Shown here one piece after another: positions 13,269-26,830 of a stretch of 64,000 nucleotides of DNA. The stretch is from Eledone cirrhosa (taxonomy: Eukaryota). The translations under genes and the position numbers were made by a program. Every line of letters starts with the position of its first letter. The stretch's first letter is position 1. The notes beneath the pieces are model-generated. The model made no database searches and was not told where the DNA came from. It worked only from the letters and a program-made list of their open reading frames with translations. Location of the stretch: assembly GCA_964016885.1 (NCBI GenBank), contig OZ024740.1, positions 265,174,001 through 265,238,000 on the forward strand. The letters are read 5' to 3'.

Positions 13269-13272
<4 letters not shown>
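11417..13272 (+). repeat. About 440-bp tandem repeat (2 units, internal about 32-bp subrepeats) between (TA)n tracts, interrupted by an RTE LINE
   Basis: CATGGCTGAA at 11445 and 11885; unit 2 resumes at 13106 after the LINE. Confidence 0.8.
12088..13105 (+). mobile_element. 5'-truncated RTE-clade LINE with RT C-terminal ORF
   Basis: GVRQGCALSPTLF, LAYADD, YLGS, YGCETW, RRLRWFGH; (CAAGTA)n tail; 9-bp TSD TACCTGCCA at 12079-12087 and 13106-13114. Confidence 0.95.
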
Positions 13273-13339
<67 letters not shown>

Positions 13340-13382
13340 TTGCAAAACAGTGAATGGCATATATACATTCATATGTTCCTAA

Positions 13383-13960
13383 TGATATACACGTAAAATA
13401 GAACATATCAACTTAAACTGCATTGAATGTAAGAACACGTGGTTCATTTCGGTATAATTAGAATTTAACAAAAATTTGAAATATAGATACCTGATAAAAA
13501 TTGTTTATATTTCTCCTTGACATATTTCATCTTAAATGTAATATATTTATGCTCGGACTTCGTTGAGCTTTTTCTATGTTGAGTGATTAGGCTGCTATTT
13601 CTAGTTGTCTTTAAACCGTTTCACGTCACTGTGACAGTAAATGGTGATCTGTTTATAACACCATATGCTTCTTTCGCTGTTCTCAGTTCCGTATTTTTCG
13701 TGTTTGAGTTCAGATGGATTGATTATCCTTTACTGACGATCCATATCGATCATCTAACTACACTTATATTTTTGGTGAAACGTATTAATGATTTCTGAAG
13801 GATACGTATAATGGAGAAATATATATCATTTTTATCAGGTATCTATATCTTTAATGTTTGTTAAATTTTAATATGATACCGAAATGAACCATGTGTTCTT
13901 ACATTCAATGGAGATTGTCTCCAGTTAAAGTTGATACGTACTACTCTACGTATATATCAT
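13383..13960. repeat. Inverted repeat (about 140-bp arms) around a spacer with a degenerate HHR core
   Basis: 13383-13520 pairs with 13810-13960; CTGACGA-TCCA..TGGT-GAAACGTA at 13733-13784 with a weak stem I. Confidence 0.65.
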
Positions 13961-13968
13961 TTGATATA

Positions 13969-16905
13969 CTAGCAGAAGAACCGCCCACGCGCTAGCATAT
14001 ATAGTGTGCATATTGATATACGCAAATATATATGCACATAGATATGATACATACATTGACAATATGCACATAAACTGAACAAATATTGTGTTACACTTAC
14101 TTCTGTAATCAGTAAAGTAACCCATGATACATTTTTAAAATAGCGATAATGGGGATGGAAAAGCGATGACACCGTTGAGGGAAAATGTTCATGAATATTC
14201 ACTTGAGAATGTCGATGGGAAGCTTCAACCAGTGAATTTGAAAATAGATGCTGCTGGTATGAATGAATGAATTACATTTACCAATATCAAGACTTGACCT
14301 TCGCTATATTGTTGTTTCACTGTATTCACATATAGACTTCTTAAGTTTTTGTAGCTTCCAATTTCTAGCAGTTAAAACAAAACTGAAATGCATTTCACCT
14401 AAAAGAAAGTGATAGCTGTTGCACATCACTGTAGAATTTCTTTGTAGACACAGTTGTCAGCAAACAGACCCCTTTCATTTAATATTTTTATATTTTCTTT
14501 TTTTGAAAATCGTGATAATGTAACATACATTTGACCATGTGAAAAGAATTGTGTTGGTAGATATACACCTATCTTTTCAAATGTCTGCCCTTGTGCCTTG
14601 TTGCATGTAAGGGCAAAGGCTGGTTTGACAAGAAATTGCTTGCGAGTAAAGGTGAAAGGGAACTCAAGCTCTTGAGATACATGTGGTATCCTTGGGATTA
14701 ACAACCTTGTTCCAGCATTGGGACCCAATGCCACTTCAGCTTCAATTACATGATGGGGTAAGTTTGTTGATGAACTCAATTGGATATTGCAGTTCATTAT
14801 CTACTGTATCAGAGCTTCTGTAGATTATTTTATGACCAGGAAACTTGTTGACCATGAACTCATTCACCCATCTTGCTACATCATTTGTTGGAGTGATAAT
14901 GGTTCTATTTGCAAGCCATAGTGGGTTTGTGAAGTTTCCTGGAAGATTTGTATACACAAAATAACACAGTCCAGACACATTACCATATTCCAGACAAAAT
15001 TCATGTGGCAGAAGAATTGTGAATGCACCTACAGTTGCAACAGTTGGAATGTTTCCATTTCCCACGTCAAGAAGGTAGTTTGCAAACTGTCTTTCATCAG
15101 AAACCTCTGCATTAATTAACCGTTGATTGGTTGTCATCTCCATGGTTTCCACATAGTCCCAGAGATAGGATCTCTTGATGGTTGCCTCAACTATTTGTGA
15201 TCTAGCACCATGACGTACAACTGGAAGAATTTACTTCCAGTCACCAGATAGTAATACTGTTAGACCAACAAATGGCTTTTTGCAATCTCGAACATCTTTG
15301 AAGCTCCTGTCAAGGCATTCAAAAATATGCTTATGTCCCATATCTATCTCATCAATGATTAGCAGATCAGCTTGCTGCATAAGTTTACCTGTGTCATCCC
15401 TCTTTGTGAAGAAGCAAGTTGATTCAGCAGTCACATTGAGAGGAATTTTGCACATTGAGAGGAGTTCTACCTTTGTGAAGCAAAGTGGCTGTTATTCCAG
15501 ATATGGCAGTGGCAAGTGCAATTCTTTTTTTAGATCGGAGGTATTCCAATAGGATGTTTATGACATAGGTCTTTCCTGTACCTGCACTTGCATTCAAGCA
15601 GAAAATTCTGCCTTCATTTTCTTTTACAGAGGTGATTACTTTGTGAAAAATAACCAGTTGTTCAGGATTCAAATTTGGCAGAATTTCGTTTATGTTTGCT
15701 TGCAGTTGGTGTGTATTGAAATCAGTTTCTGCCATAAGAACCCTGTTGATTTCTGGTATGGCAACAATAGTTGGGTCTGGCCGAGGAAGTCCATAGTTGG
15801 CATGAATGTCCAAGCCATCATTTTGAAGTCTTTGTTGGATCTTGTGTAGAACAATCTGAACGGTTTGCATGAACATGACTTGCTCACGACTTTCACGCAT
15901 GATATCCTCTGCAAGACAATTCTTCCATTTCGCCCAGAACTGTAGAGGGTTATTTGGCATGCCATACAATAAAATGGTGCAGAAGATCTCTCGCAGCTGA
16001 GGACCAAGCGTAATAGATGTGGCCTCTTCCATAGCTTTTTGTTTTTCTCTATCTTCATCTAACAGAACAAGTTTCCCGCATGCTTCTTGGAATGTTGGAA
16101 ATTCAACTCCTTCAATTTTCTTCTAATTATTGATATGAAGTTGACCCAGCCTTGTTATGTAGGATCATTCTGAGGTAATATAATTCAGATTGATGTCTAC
16201 TGAGAGGTACTGTTGGAATGCGTCCAAGAGATTCACTCATAAATTGTTGATCACCGTCCAGATGTCAATTTTTTCTTCTTTGCAACTTTTTGTTTGTCCA
16301 AGTGAAATATTTAGGAATATCAATATACAATATATTTTGTGCCAGTGGATCTCTAATATTCAGTTGAAAATATTCCGTCAACTTAATCATTGGCTGTCCC
16401 CTAGAAATAACACTTTCTTCCTGCCCTCGCTCATACACGACCACTTGTTACCCAGGTAAATGGCAAGGCAACTTTTCAACTGGCGGTTTTCGATGATGTA
16501 ATGGAAATTTATAGATTCTCCAGAATGCTTCACTGGCTGAGATGTACCGTGCATTGATATAGGTCAAGCTTATTTTGGGCATGGACACAATTTCCTTGAT
16601 CAGCCTTAATAGGGAAAGTGATCTTGTCTGATCCTTTCGTAATGTAATTATATAAGTACTTGATAGCCTTGACACTGTGGACAACCTCACAATTGATGTG
16701 GCACTGATATATCAATGACAGGAAAGTGTTGTAAGGAACAATCCAACGATTATCAACAGTAAATTCTTGACCTTTAAGTTGGATTGTATGGGTGTGACCA
16801 CTATGCTGTCTATCCCTTCTTCTATACTCCTGAAAGGAATTTTCGGCAAAAATGTGGTTTGTCTGAATGACTTGGGATAACCTTTTGAGCAATGACGTTG
16901 TTGTA
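13969..16905 (-). mobile_element. Helitron Rep/Pif1-helicase pseudogene with 3' CTAG end
   Basis: [56 protein letters not shown]; GC-rich subterminal segment then CTAG at 13969-13972. Confidence 0.93.
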
Positions 16906-16932
16906 TATATATATATATGTATATATATATAT

Positions 16933-17064
<132 letters not shown>

Positions 17065-17285
17065 TTCACCGTATTTTTGACTAAAGGAATTTTACCCTGA
17101 TAATGGGGTTTAGAACCCTCAGATAAATGGAAAAAGATGAGAAATGACGTACATGTACCTCAATACTCATCTTTTTTCATTTATCTGAGGGTTTTAAACC
17201 CCATTATCAGGCCAAAATTCCTTTAGTAAAAAATACGGTGAAAGCTATATATTTTCTAATTTCAAACCTGCTCATTGTTTCAAAA
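17065..17285. repeat. (TA)n-embedded asymmetric fold-back element
   Basis: About 76-bp inverted arms (17065-17242) plus a tail of about 43 nt, between microsatellite tracts. Confidence 0.8.
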
Positions 17286-17306
17286 TATATATATATACAT
17301 ATATAT

Positions 17307-17396
<90 letters not shown>

Positions 17397-17404
17397 CTTT
17401 ATAT

Positions 17405-17453
<49 letters not shown>

Positions 17454-17479
17454 ACCAGAGGTACTTCGAAAACTATACT

Positions 17480-17830
17480 TTTACAAAATCATCGGCTTTT
17501 TCCAAAAGGGGGTTCCCGCCCCCAGCAGTCCCCTGCTCAATAAGTGCCAATTCTGAGAGTTCACATTCTTCTCTAGAACAAACGTAGCCCATGTGTCAAG
17601 ATTTGTAAAAATCGGTTGCGAACTCCAGAAGTTATGTCGTTTTGTTGCATTGCACTGCAGTGCTTCAGTCGACTCCAAGGAAGTGGTTAAAGGGGGTTAT
17701 CTGCGGGAGGCCCTATAATCAATATCTGGAAAAATGAAAGTGCCCATGACCATCCGGAGTACATAAGTAACCTATGTCTTAAGTTTGGTGAAAATACAGT
17801 AGAAATGCATAAGGTTTACACACACACGCG
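17480..17830 (-). mobile_element. Probable 5' subterminal region of the minus-strand Helitron
   Basis: Reverse complement reads (GT)n-AAACCTTATGCATTTC, resembling the 5' region of the plus-strand Helitron at 19340-19372. Confidence 0.5.
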
Positions 17831-17967
17831 CGCGCGCGTGTTTGTGTGTGTATGTACTTGTGTGTGCGTATGTATATGTATGTGTATGTCCGTCGGCGCA
17901 TACGTATGTATTGGCCTAAATCTTCACTATTTACTTTTACTATTTTAAGGCAATTTTAAAATCCTTT

Positions 17968-18070
17968 CGAGGTTAACTTTGCCGTTCATCCTAACGGGTC
18001 AATAAAATAAAGTACCAAAAATGTACTGGGTAACTGCTGGCATTGTGCCAAAAGTAGAAACAACTATTTT
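17968..18070 (+). mobile_element. SINE 3' fragment
   Basis: GAGGTTAACTTTGCC..CATCC..GGGTCAATAAAATAAAGTACC..GTGCCAAAAGTAGAAAC. Confidence 0.75.
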
Positions 18071-18124
18071 AATAACCTCTGTCATTTTCGTTTACAATTT
18101 TATTTACATCATTCTTAAACTCTG

Positions 18125-18421
18125 GGGCTGGAAATCATTCGGTTATTTTAAATAGAATATTAGTCTAACGACTCCATTTATACCATAAACTTGGTCTTGT
18201 CTTTGCATGAAATTGTTCCTCTCAGTCCACATAACGACGTATTATCCTCGCTTTTTCCCCCTTCCTTACCAGGGAACGTCTTCACGAACCAAAATATCGT
18301 CTTCCTGTTTTCCTTCGGTTGCAACGTTTCTCGAAATATTTAATTCTGCGTTCACAGATTGAATTTTTTAGTTCCAGAAGATCCCGTTAATGTTGAAAGC
18401 AGCGATTCTTTGCTTAAACTT
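18125..18421 (+). mobile_element. Diverged PLE family A pLTR fragment with CAGAAGA HHR-like motif (18370-18420)
   Basis: Homologous to 9200-9460. Confidence 0.75.
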
Positions 18422-18637
18422 TCTTTCTTTCTCAACCCCTCTCCCTTTTTTCTCATACCCTCTCTCTCTCTTTCTCTCTCTCTCACTCATACCCCCACTC
18501 TCTCTCTCTCTTCCTCTACAGAATGGAGAACAATAAAGAACGCGCAGATCACGCTCAATCTCTCTCTCTCTCTCTCTTTATATATATATATATATGTGTT
18601 TGTGTGTGTGTGTGTGTGAACCAGCATTCGTTGCCAT

Positions 18638-18692
<55 letters not shown>

Positions 18693-18859
18693 GATTATCT
18701 TGTACCTCTCTCTGTATAACGACATATCTCACTCTCTCTCTCTACATCTCCCTTTCTCTCTTTAGATGTATATGTATATGTGTGTGTGTGTAATATATAT
18801 ATACAGAGTGTTGCAACATGTATGTAGTTTCATCGATTTTTGAGGGTAGTAGAGAGAGG

Positions 18860-19075
18860 AATTAAGCGTGTAAGAGAGGGGGTTACAGCATGTATTTAGT
18901 TTTATCGATTTGTCTCATAGAAGCATGAAATGTTTGGCAAAGGTATTTACGCGATGACCATCAGTGGTAAATGTGGAGCACATTGAAAAAGAATCATCAA
19001 AATCGGTAGAGAAATCTGGAAATGCATAAAAATCATACACACACACATACTGACATCTTCCGTTTTATATATAGA
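18860..19075 (-). mobile_element. Helitron 5'-end fragment, inverted relative to the 19311 element
   Basis: Reverse complement TCTATATATAAAACGGAAGATGTC..(GT)n ATGATTTTTATGCATTTCC matches 19311-19520. Confidence 0.8.
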
Positions 19076-19226
19076 GAGATATTTATAGCTGTCACGGAGA
19101 AAATAAATTTTTGAAATAAATGTATGTTTGAAATATGTATTATCGTCTGCTATTCGAACACCAGAGAGAGTATTATGAGGTAGTCATAACAACAGTGGTA
19201 GCAGCAAAACGCGTATCAAAACAATA

Positions 19227-19310
<84 letters not shown>

Positions 19311-19322
<12 letters not shown>

Positions 19323-22300
19323 GGTAGATGTCTGTGTGTGTGTGTGTGTGTGTATGATTTTTATGCATTTCCACATTTCTCTACCGATTTTGATGATTTC
19401 TTTTCCAATGTGCTCCAAATTCACCAGGGCAGGTCAATGCGTAATTACTTTTGTCAAAAATCTCCTGCTTCTATGAAAAGAAATCGATAAAACTAAATAC
19501 ATGTTGTAACCCTCTCTCTTACACGCTTCATTCCTCTCACTACCCTCAATCTCGTCCGGAACTCTCTTTAAAAGGTTACTGCCTCCGTCGCCATTACAGT
19601 TTAGAACAACGACAAATCTTCTCTCACTATAATAGATCATTCACCCTCTTCGTTTGTCATACATCAAATATCAAAATTTAAAACACTAAATACACTAAAT
19701 ACATACTGCTCTCTCAACGTTACATTTTACATCAAATAACAAATATTCAAAAGCAACAGATGAATTTATAAAACAACAAACGTAACAATAACGACGCTTA
19801 ACCGTTGATTTACTTGAATTTCAACAAAGACATTATATTTTATTGTTGTCCTTTTTGTAATTTTCTTTCTTTGTTTTTCTCAATACGAGACAAAAAATTA
19901 ATGAGAAAACTTTTTTCACGAACGTCCGATTTCGATGATTTATTTTCCAGTGTGCTCCAAAATACGCGCCTGTTTACGCTCCTCTGTGCTATAACTCAGA
20001 CAGGCTTGACTTACAGGTTTGCCCTATTATTTGACGTGCATTCTTCATAGATCTTACTTAGTACTCACTTTCCACTTACTCACCTTTCAATTGAAAGTTT
20101 TGGGTACTCCCCCTTTCATGCTCCATCACCTGCATAAATATTTACGTGTTCGGTCCTGCTACAACATAGTACTCACTTGAAACTAATTCAAAGTTCATAA
20201 AATTTTCGCTAACAAACACATTCTTTGAATCTACGGTCATGCCACCCCAAAAAGACCACGACTTAGTCGCCAAACTAAAGCTGCTTCTGCTGCCAAACGA
20301 AGAAGAGCTACAGAGTTGTCCGTCGAAAAATTCACTCGGTTGTCACAAAATTCAACTCGAAATGCAATTACCCGGGCAACCGAGACAGAGAAAAAGAGGA
20401 ACATCCGCCTTTCCGGAAATGCATTTGTAACTGCAGTTGCACGTGCAGCGCAAACTGATGAACAGCATTCTCGACGACGAAGCAAAAATGCTGCCTCCAC
20501 CGCTGCGGCACGTGACGGTGAGGACGAAGAACACCGTTACAGACGACGACGAAGAGATGCCACCTCAAGTGCTGCGTCACGTGCTGCCGAGGACGAAGGG
20601 CAGCGTTCCAGACGTCAGCGTACGGACGCCGCTTCAACAGCTTCCGTTCGCGCATCAGAGACTGCGCAAATTCAATTACAAAGGTTAAACGCCAACGCAC
20701 TCCGCAGGATTGCTAAACAAGGTACACAGAGGATCAGTTGCATTCAGTGGTCTCATAAGGCTTTCCACTATGACCCAACAGTAAACTATGCACTGATGCC
20801 AGAAGTTCAGATTGGATCCTTGTCTGTCATTTGCCAATATTGTCGGGCAAAAAAATGGCCTGGGGAAACTTCAGGGATGTGCTGCTCTGATAGCAAAGAC
20901 AGACTGCCTCTACAGCAACCACCAGAACCTTTGAAGTCTATAATGACCGGTCCCACAGCGGAGTCGGAACACTTCCTTCGATGTTCCAGGAGATACAACG
21001 CTGCCTTCCAAATGACCTCTTTCGAAGCTAACATTTATTAAAATAACAGACCGGATCTCTTCATCATTTCAACATGCAACCCTAAGTGGAATGAAATTAC
21101 CGCGCAATTATTCCCAGGACAAAGGGCATCAGACAGACACGACCTTACGGCACGAGTCTTTCACTTGAAGTTGACAAAACTTATTGAACTCCTAAAATCA
21201 GGTAAGGCCTTTGGACCTGTTAGGTGCTACGTATACACCGTTGAGTGGCAAAAGAGAGGCCTGCCACATGCTCACCTACTCATTTGGCTGATAACGAAAA
21301 TCAACGCAAGCAGCATTGACAGCATCATTTCAGCAGAAATACCCGAACCAAAATTGGACAGAGAACTCCACAACATCGTCACTGCTCACATCATTCATGG
21401 GCCATGCGGAAACGGTTTCAACATGAATTCGCCATGCATTAAAGAAAGAAGGTGCACCAAGAGGTATCCTAGGCCATTCCTCCGAGAAACTCGGACAGGT
21501 GGCGACGGTTATCCATTATACCGCCGCAGGGAGCCAGCGGACGGAGGAATTGTTGCTAAAACACCACATCACAACGTCGACAACCGGTGGATTGCACCAT
21601 ACTGCTCACTTCTGCTTAAATTGTTTAACGCCCACATTAACATTGAATACTGCCACTCCGTCAAATTGATAAAGTACGTCTTCAAGTATATCAATAAGGG
21701 GTCCGATGCTGTGTCCTTTGGTCTTACAATGGAGAACAACCGAGACGATGTAACTCGATACCAGGTCGGCCGATACATCAGCAGCAATGAAGCGTTCTGG
21801 CGATTCTGCCACTTTGCAATACACCATAACTACCCCCCAATCAAACAGTTGCGGTGCACCTTGAAAACGGTCAAAGAGTCTACTTCACGGCCTCCGCTGC
21901 TGCTGAGATAGCAGAGGAACCCAAGGACACCACACTTACGGCATTTTTTAAGTTATGCCGAAACGATCCCTTCGCCAAGACCATCTTCTACTCTCAGGTG
22001 CCATCATACTACACATGGAACACAGACCACAGAATTTGGTTAAGAAGGGTGAAAGGACAACCCGTCGAGGAACATCCAGACATTAAAATGTCCCCTACCC
22101 TTGGGAGAGTGTACGCCATTCATGCTAACCAACAGGAATGCTTTTATCTCCGCCTTCTACTGCATGACGTGGTAGGACAGACATCTTTCGACGATCGGAA
22201 AACAATCAACGGAGGGCTTTGTACTTCATTCCGCGCAGCCTGCCTTAGGCGGGGTTTACTGGAAGATGGCGCTTAGTGGGATGCGACATTGGCGGAGGCA

Positions 22301-24161
22301 GCTACAATACGCTCAGCGCGAACTCTTCGGCATCTCTTTGCGGTACTACTGCAGACATGCAAGTTAAGCGACCCTGCATCCTTATGTGACAAATACAGAG
22401 AGGACCTTTCCGATGACTACATACACCAAGGACAATTGCTACTCCTTCATTCCGACGTACGACTCAGCGACGAATGCCGGCGTAAATGACCTTCCATTCT
22501 ATGGACTGCCAAATGTTCAGCGAACGGGCTCGGACGAACTTCCGACGGGCGTAATTCAGGAAACTGTCTACGACGTCCACGCCCTCGAACTGTTCATCAA
22601 CGACAACGAGCCGAAATTGTTGCAGGACCAACGGCGGGCGTATGACACAGTTTGCACTTCCATTCGTCAACGCAGAGGAGGTATCTTCTTTTTGGATGCC
22701 CCAGGAGGAACTGGTAAAACATTCGTCAATAAACTCCTCCTCGCCAAAGTGCGACAGCAGAAAGGAATTGCCCTGGCTGTGGCTTCTCCTGGCATTGCCG
22801 CAACTCTGCTGCCCGGAGGTAGGACAGCTCATTCCGCATTTAAACTACCATTCAACACGACTTCAGATGACACAATAACCTGCAACATCACCAAGGACTC
22901 TGACAAAGCTGAAGTCTTGAAAAGATGCCACCTAATTGTGTGGGACGAATGCACAATGGCCCATAAAGGGTCCATGACGCGTTAGACAAGACCCTACGAG
23001 ACATCAGGGAATGCAACCGGTCGATGGGAGGAGTACCTCTACTGCTGTCTGGCGATTTTCGACAAACTCTTCCAGTTGTTCCAAAAGCCACCAGGGCCGA
23101 CACTGTGGGGGCTTGCATTAAGTCATCTCCCCTGTGGCAGGAAGTGACAATCCTGACCCTCACAACAAACATGAAAGCCCAACTGCTCGGTGACCACTCA
23201 GCAGCCGACTTCTCAAAGGACCTCTTAACAGTTGGTGACGGCACTGCACCTTCAGATGCAGCTGGAGAAATGGTAGTCTCGCAAGTAGGCGCCATTGCCG
23301 ACACTGTTGACGACCTCACAGCCTCTGTCTTTCCTGATATGGCGACCAACTACAAAAACACGAGTTGGCTATGCGATAGAGCCATATTGACTCCCAAAAA
23401 TGTCTCCGTTGCAAAAATCAATGAGGACCTTCTGCAACGCATTCCTGGAAACCTCCGTACCTAAAACTCTGTGGAGGAAGTTGTGGACAAATATGTGGTT
23501 GACGATTTTCCAACAGAATTCCTCAATTCCTTGGACCTCTCTGGACTGCCACCTCATGAACTGCGCGTCAAAGTTGGGACTCCAGTCATGTTATTGAGGA
23601 ACCTCGAACCACCACATCTCTGCAACGGAACACAGTTAGTGGTAAGAAACCTCCTGCCGCATGTAATTGAAGCCACAATTCTCACGGGTTGCGGCGCTGG
23701 AGAAAACGTCTTCATACCCAGAATACCATTAACTCCATCAGGTACGGAATGCCCCTGTACTCTGCGTCGACTTCAATTCCCCGTTAAACTTTGCTTCGCG
23801 ATGTCAATCAAAAAGTCCCAAGGCCAAACGCTATCAACGGCAGGCCTTCATTTAGCCCAGCCGTGCTTCTCACACGGCCAATTATACTTCGCATGCTCAA
23901 GAGTGGGATGCAAGCAGAACTTATTCATACTTGCGCCCAAAGGCAGAACAAAAAATGTGTTCTACAGAGAGGTGTTGTGACTTCTCTATTCAGCACCACT
24001 GCCGTCTTGCCAGTCTGACATATGGTGAGTAGATGCTATTATTGTATATTTTCAAAGTTACCCGTATTTACTTTCAATGCCTCAATATTCATAATTGAGT
24101 GGAATCATTAAAAGTACTTTAGAGCAATTAAACTCCGAGCAACGCCGGGCACTTCTGCTAG
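19311..24161 (+). mobile_element. Helitron with internally deleted Rep/Pif1-helicase pseudogene
   Basis: C..C.AKKW.GE...CC finger, YNAAFQMTS, VEWQKRGLPHAH (HUH), KYVFKYINKG, DAPGGTGKT, WDECTM, GDFRQTLPV, KSQGQT, HGQLY; 3' CCGAGCAACGCCGGG..CTAG (24158-24161) followed by T. Confidence 0.95.
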
Positions 24162-24445
24162 TATATATATATATATATCTGTCACAGTCACTCCTCTCTT
24201 TATATACTCACACATACAATCTCTCTTTCTCGCTCTAGCAATTTTGTAAAATCAAAGAACAACAACATGCACACATGCACACACATCAGCGTGTTGAAAA
24301 CAATCCAAATCGCTTCATCTTTCTCTTTCACCCTCTCTCTATAGTATATATATACCGGAAGTATTGAAATATATGTTTAATCATGTGTTATGAATTTTAG
24401 TAGATAAATTATATAATATTCATTCATTATTTATTCAAAGTAATG

Positions 24446-24629
24446 GGCGGTGGATTGGCAGTATCGGTAGAGGGTCGGACGCCATGCTTTCCAGCATAGT
24501 TACGTCCCTTTATGATCTGAGTTCAAATCCCGCCGAGGTTGACTTTGCCTTTCATCCTTACAGGGTCGATAAAATAAAGTACCAGTAATGCACTGGGTAA
24601 TTGCTGGCCTTGTGCCTAAAGTAGAAACA
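24446..24629 (+). mobile_element. Full-length tRNA-derived SINE with 20-bp TSD
   Basis: A-box-like TGGCAGTATCGG, B-box GAGTTCAAATCC; TSD ATTATTTATTCAAAGTAATG at 24426-24445 and 24630-24649. Confidence 0.92.
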
Positions 24630-24886
24630 ATTATTTATTCAAAGTAATGCAAATTATTTTACAAACGGGATAAAAAATTATATTCTGGATGCAGTCCCGC
24701 GCTCCATGCTTTATTATAGTTTAGATATGTATGTATATATGTCATTCACTATTTTGTAGTGATTAAATGCTTAGATTTATTTTTGAGCTTATTCTTAGGG
24801 GATAAGGCGCATGTTCGAGATTATCTCAAACATGACATATTTAATTTTAAATGTAATATATGTATACATATATATATATATATATA

Positions 24887-24999
24887 TCTAAGGCGGGTAA
24901 AATTCCCGAGATTCATGGACGAGTTCTCTCCAGCGGTCTCTGTCCCTCATTATTGCTGCCATATCCTGCATCTCCAACAGACCAGGATATGGCAGCGAT
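24887..24999. repeat. Mini asymmetric fold-back element between (TA)n tracts
   Basis: GCTGCCATATCCTG (24955-24968) / CAGGATATGGCAGC (24983-24996) plus a tail of about 65 nt on the left. Confidence 0.7.
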
Positions 25000-25159
25000 A
25001 TATATATATATATCAGCAATAGTATCAGCAGACAGTATCAGCAATGGAAAGACCAATGGAAACAGTTTCCTTGGGCTGATCTGACAATCAGCTTCTCTCT
25101 TCTGCCAGTAGCTGTGACCAACGGACAGTATCAGCCATGAAAAGACCAATGGAAATATT

Positions 25160-25330
25160 TGTTTCTACTTTTGGCACAAGGCCAGCAATGATCCCAGTGT
25201 ATTACTGGTACTTTATTTTATCGACCCCGTAAGGACGAAAGGCAAAAGTTAATCTCGGCGGAATTTGAACTCAGAATGGCAAGGGCCGAGTTCAAATCCC
25301 GACGAGGTTAACTTTGCCTTTCATCCTTAC
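25160..25330 (-). mobile_element. SINE with internal inverted duplication and 16-bp TSD
   Basis: Minus-strand SINE 25160-25275, plus-strand segment 25288-25330; TSD GACCAATGGAAATATT at 25144-25159 and 25331-25346. Confidence 0.85.
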
Positions 25331-25394
25331 GACCAATGGAAATATTGTTTCTTGGTTTGATCTGACAATTAGCTCGACAATTTTGCCAGGTGTG

Positions 25395-25426
<32 letters not shown>

Positions 25427-25430
<4 letters not shown>

Positions 25431-25645
25431 AAAATAACAGTTTAAGCAAAGAATCGCTGCTTTCACCCTTAACGGGATCTTCAGAAGATCCCGTTAAGGG
25501 TGAAAGCAGCGATTATTTGATTATTTGCTTAAACTTTAATCTGTTATTTTAATAAATATTTGCTCTACGGTTCTTATATATTTGATATATATTTATCCTT
25601 ATCGAGCCCTCTTTGGATTTTAGTCTTCAAATTTATTACTTTACT
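25427..25645. mobile_element. PLE family A fold-back remnant centred in the HHR core
   Basis: Palindrome centre GGGATCTTC-A-GAAGATCCC at 25483; right arm extends about 90 nt further; (TA)n on both sides. Confidence 0.85.
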
Positions 25646-26119
25646 ATATATATATATATATATATATCACTGATACCAAATTAGGTCTCGTTAGGGAAAT
25701 ATAGAGGTAAAAGGAGAATTTGATTATGGAAAAGAAATAGATGCTTTATTTTTTACTCCCGGGTCTAAAGTTAAGGAACGCTATAGACATACACGTAAAA
25801 AGATAACTTACTCAACTGAACATTTTCAAAAAAATAGTTATATTTCATATTAAAGTGGCATGCTTAAAGTTCAGCGTAACTCAAAAGGAAAGAAATATAC
25901 AATCAAAGGAAATCATACTAAACTGACGGGAAAAAAGAAAATAAGGAAGAGTTAGAGAACAGATACAGTGAAATTGTGTTAGCGACCAGGCTACATACAG
26001 ACATGATTGACACTTCCTGCTTTTGCATTTATAGACGATAAATTCGCAGAGTCGATAGAACGTCGGATAGAATGCTTTGCAGTATTGGTTTCGGCTCCCT
26101 TCTCTCTGTGATCCAATCA

Positions 26120-26830
26120 CACATTGGTGAACTTTGCCTTTCATCCATTCGAGGTCGATAAAAGAAGTACCAGTCTAGTAGTAGGGTCGATTCTTCCTCT
26201 ATACCTTTCTCACTTCCATTTTCTCATTTTCTATCCTTCTCTGGAAGAAATTTGTTGTATTCAGACTTGGAGAGGTGATGGGCTCCGCCAGGTTTTAAAA
26301 GTGCCCTTTAAACGCCGTATGTCGTGCCAACGATACCAACAGGAATTACGGGATCATGCGTGCTATTGCCTTAACTATTAAGAAATACTCTAGTCATACA
26401 CAGACACGTATAATTGCAGAATCATTAGGGCGTCGGAGGAAATGATATATAGGATTTAGATACTGCTCTTTACATGGTGCGTTCAAATAATGCCCAGTTC
26501 AGCTTTGCTTTTCACTTTTACGGGGTCAATAAAATAAACTGCCTGTAGACTACTGGGGTCGATTAAATCGACTTTCCCATCCTTCAAAATTGTTGGCTTT
26601 GTACCTAAATCAGAAACCATTATTAATATTATTATTTGCAGTATCGGTAGCGAGCTGGACACTATTCTTCGCGGCACAGAGCTACGGACCTTTACGTTCT
26701 GAGTTCAAATCGCTACGAAGTTAGCTTTGCCATTCATATTTGAGGGGTGGATAAAACAAAGTACTGCGGTCGATTTAATTGACTTTTCCCTCCCCTAAAA
26801 TTGCTGGCCTGCTGCCTATATCAGAAACCG
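26120..26830 (+). mobile_element. Cluster of degenerate SINE copies (about 26120-26200, 26480-26620, 26635-26830)
   Basis: Repeated TTTGCCTTTCATCC..GTCGATAAAA..GTAC and GAGTTCAAATC motifs. Confidence 0.7.

Noticed and set aside
24446-24540. tRNA gene
   Set aside because: A/B boxes belong to a SINE head with TSD; no cloverleaf.
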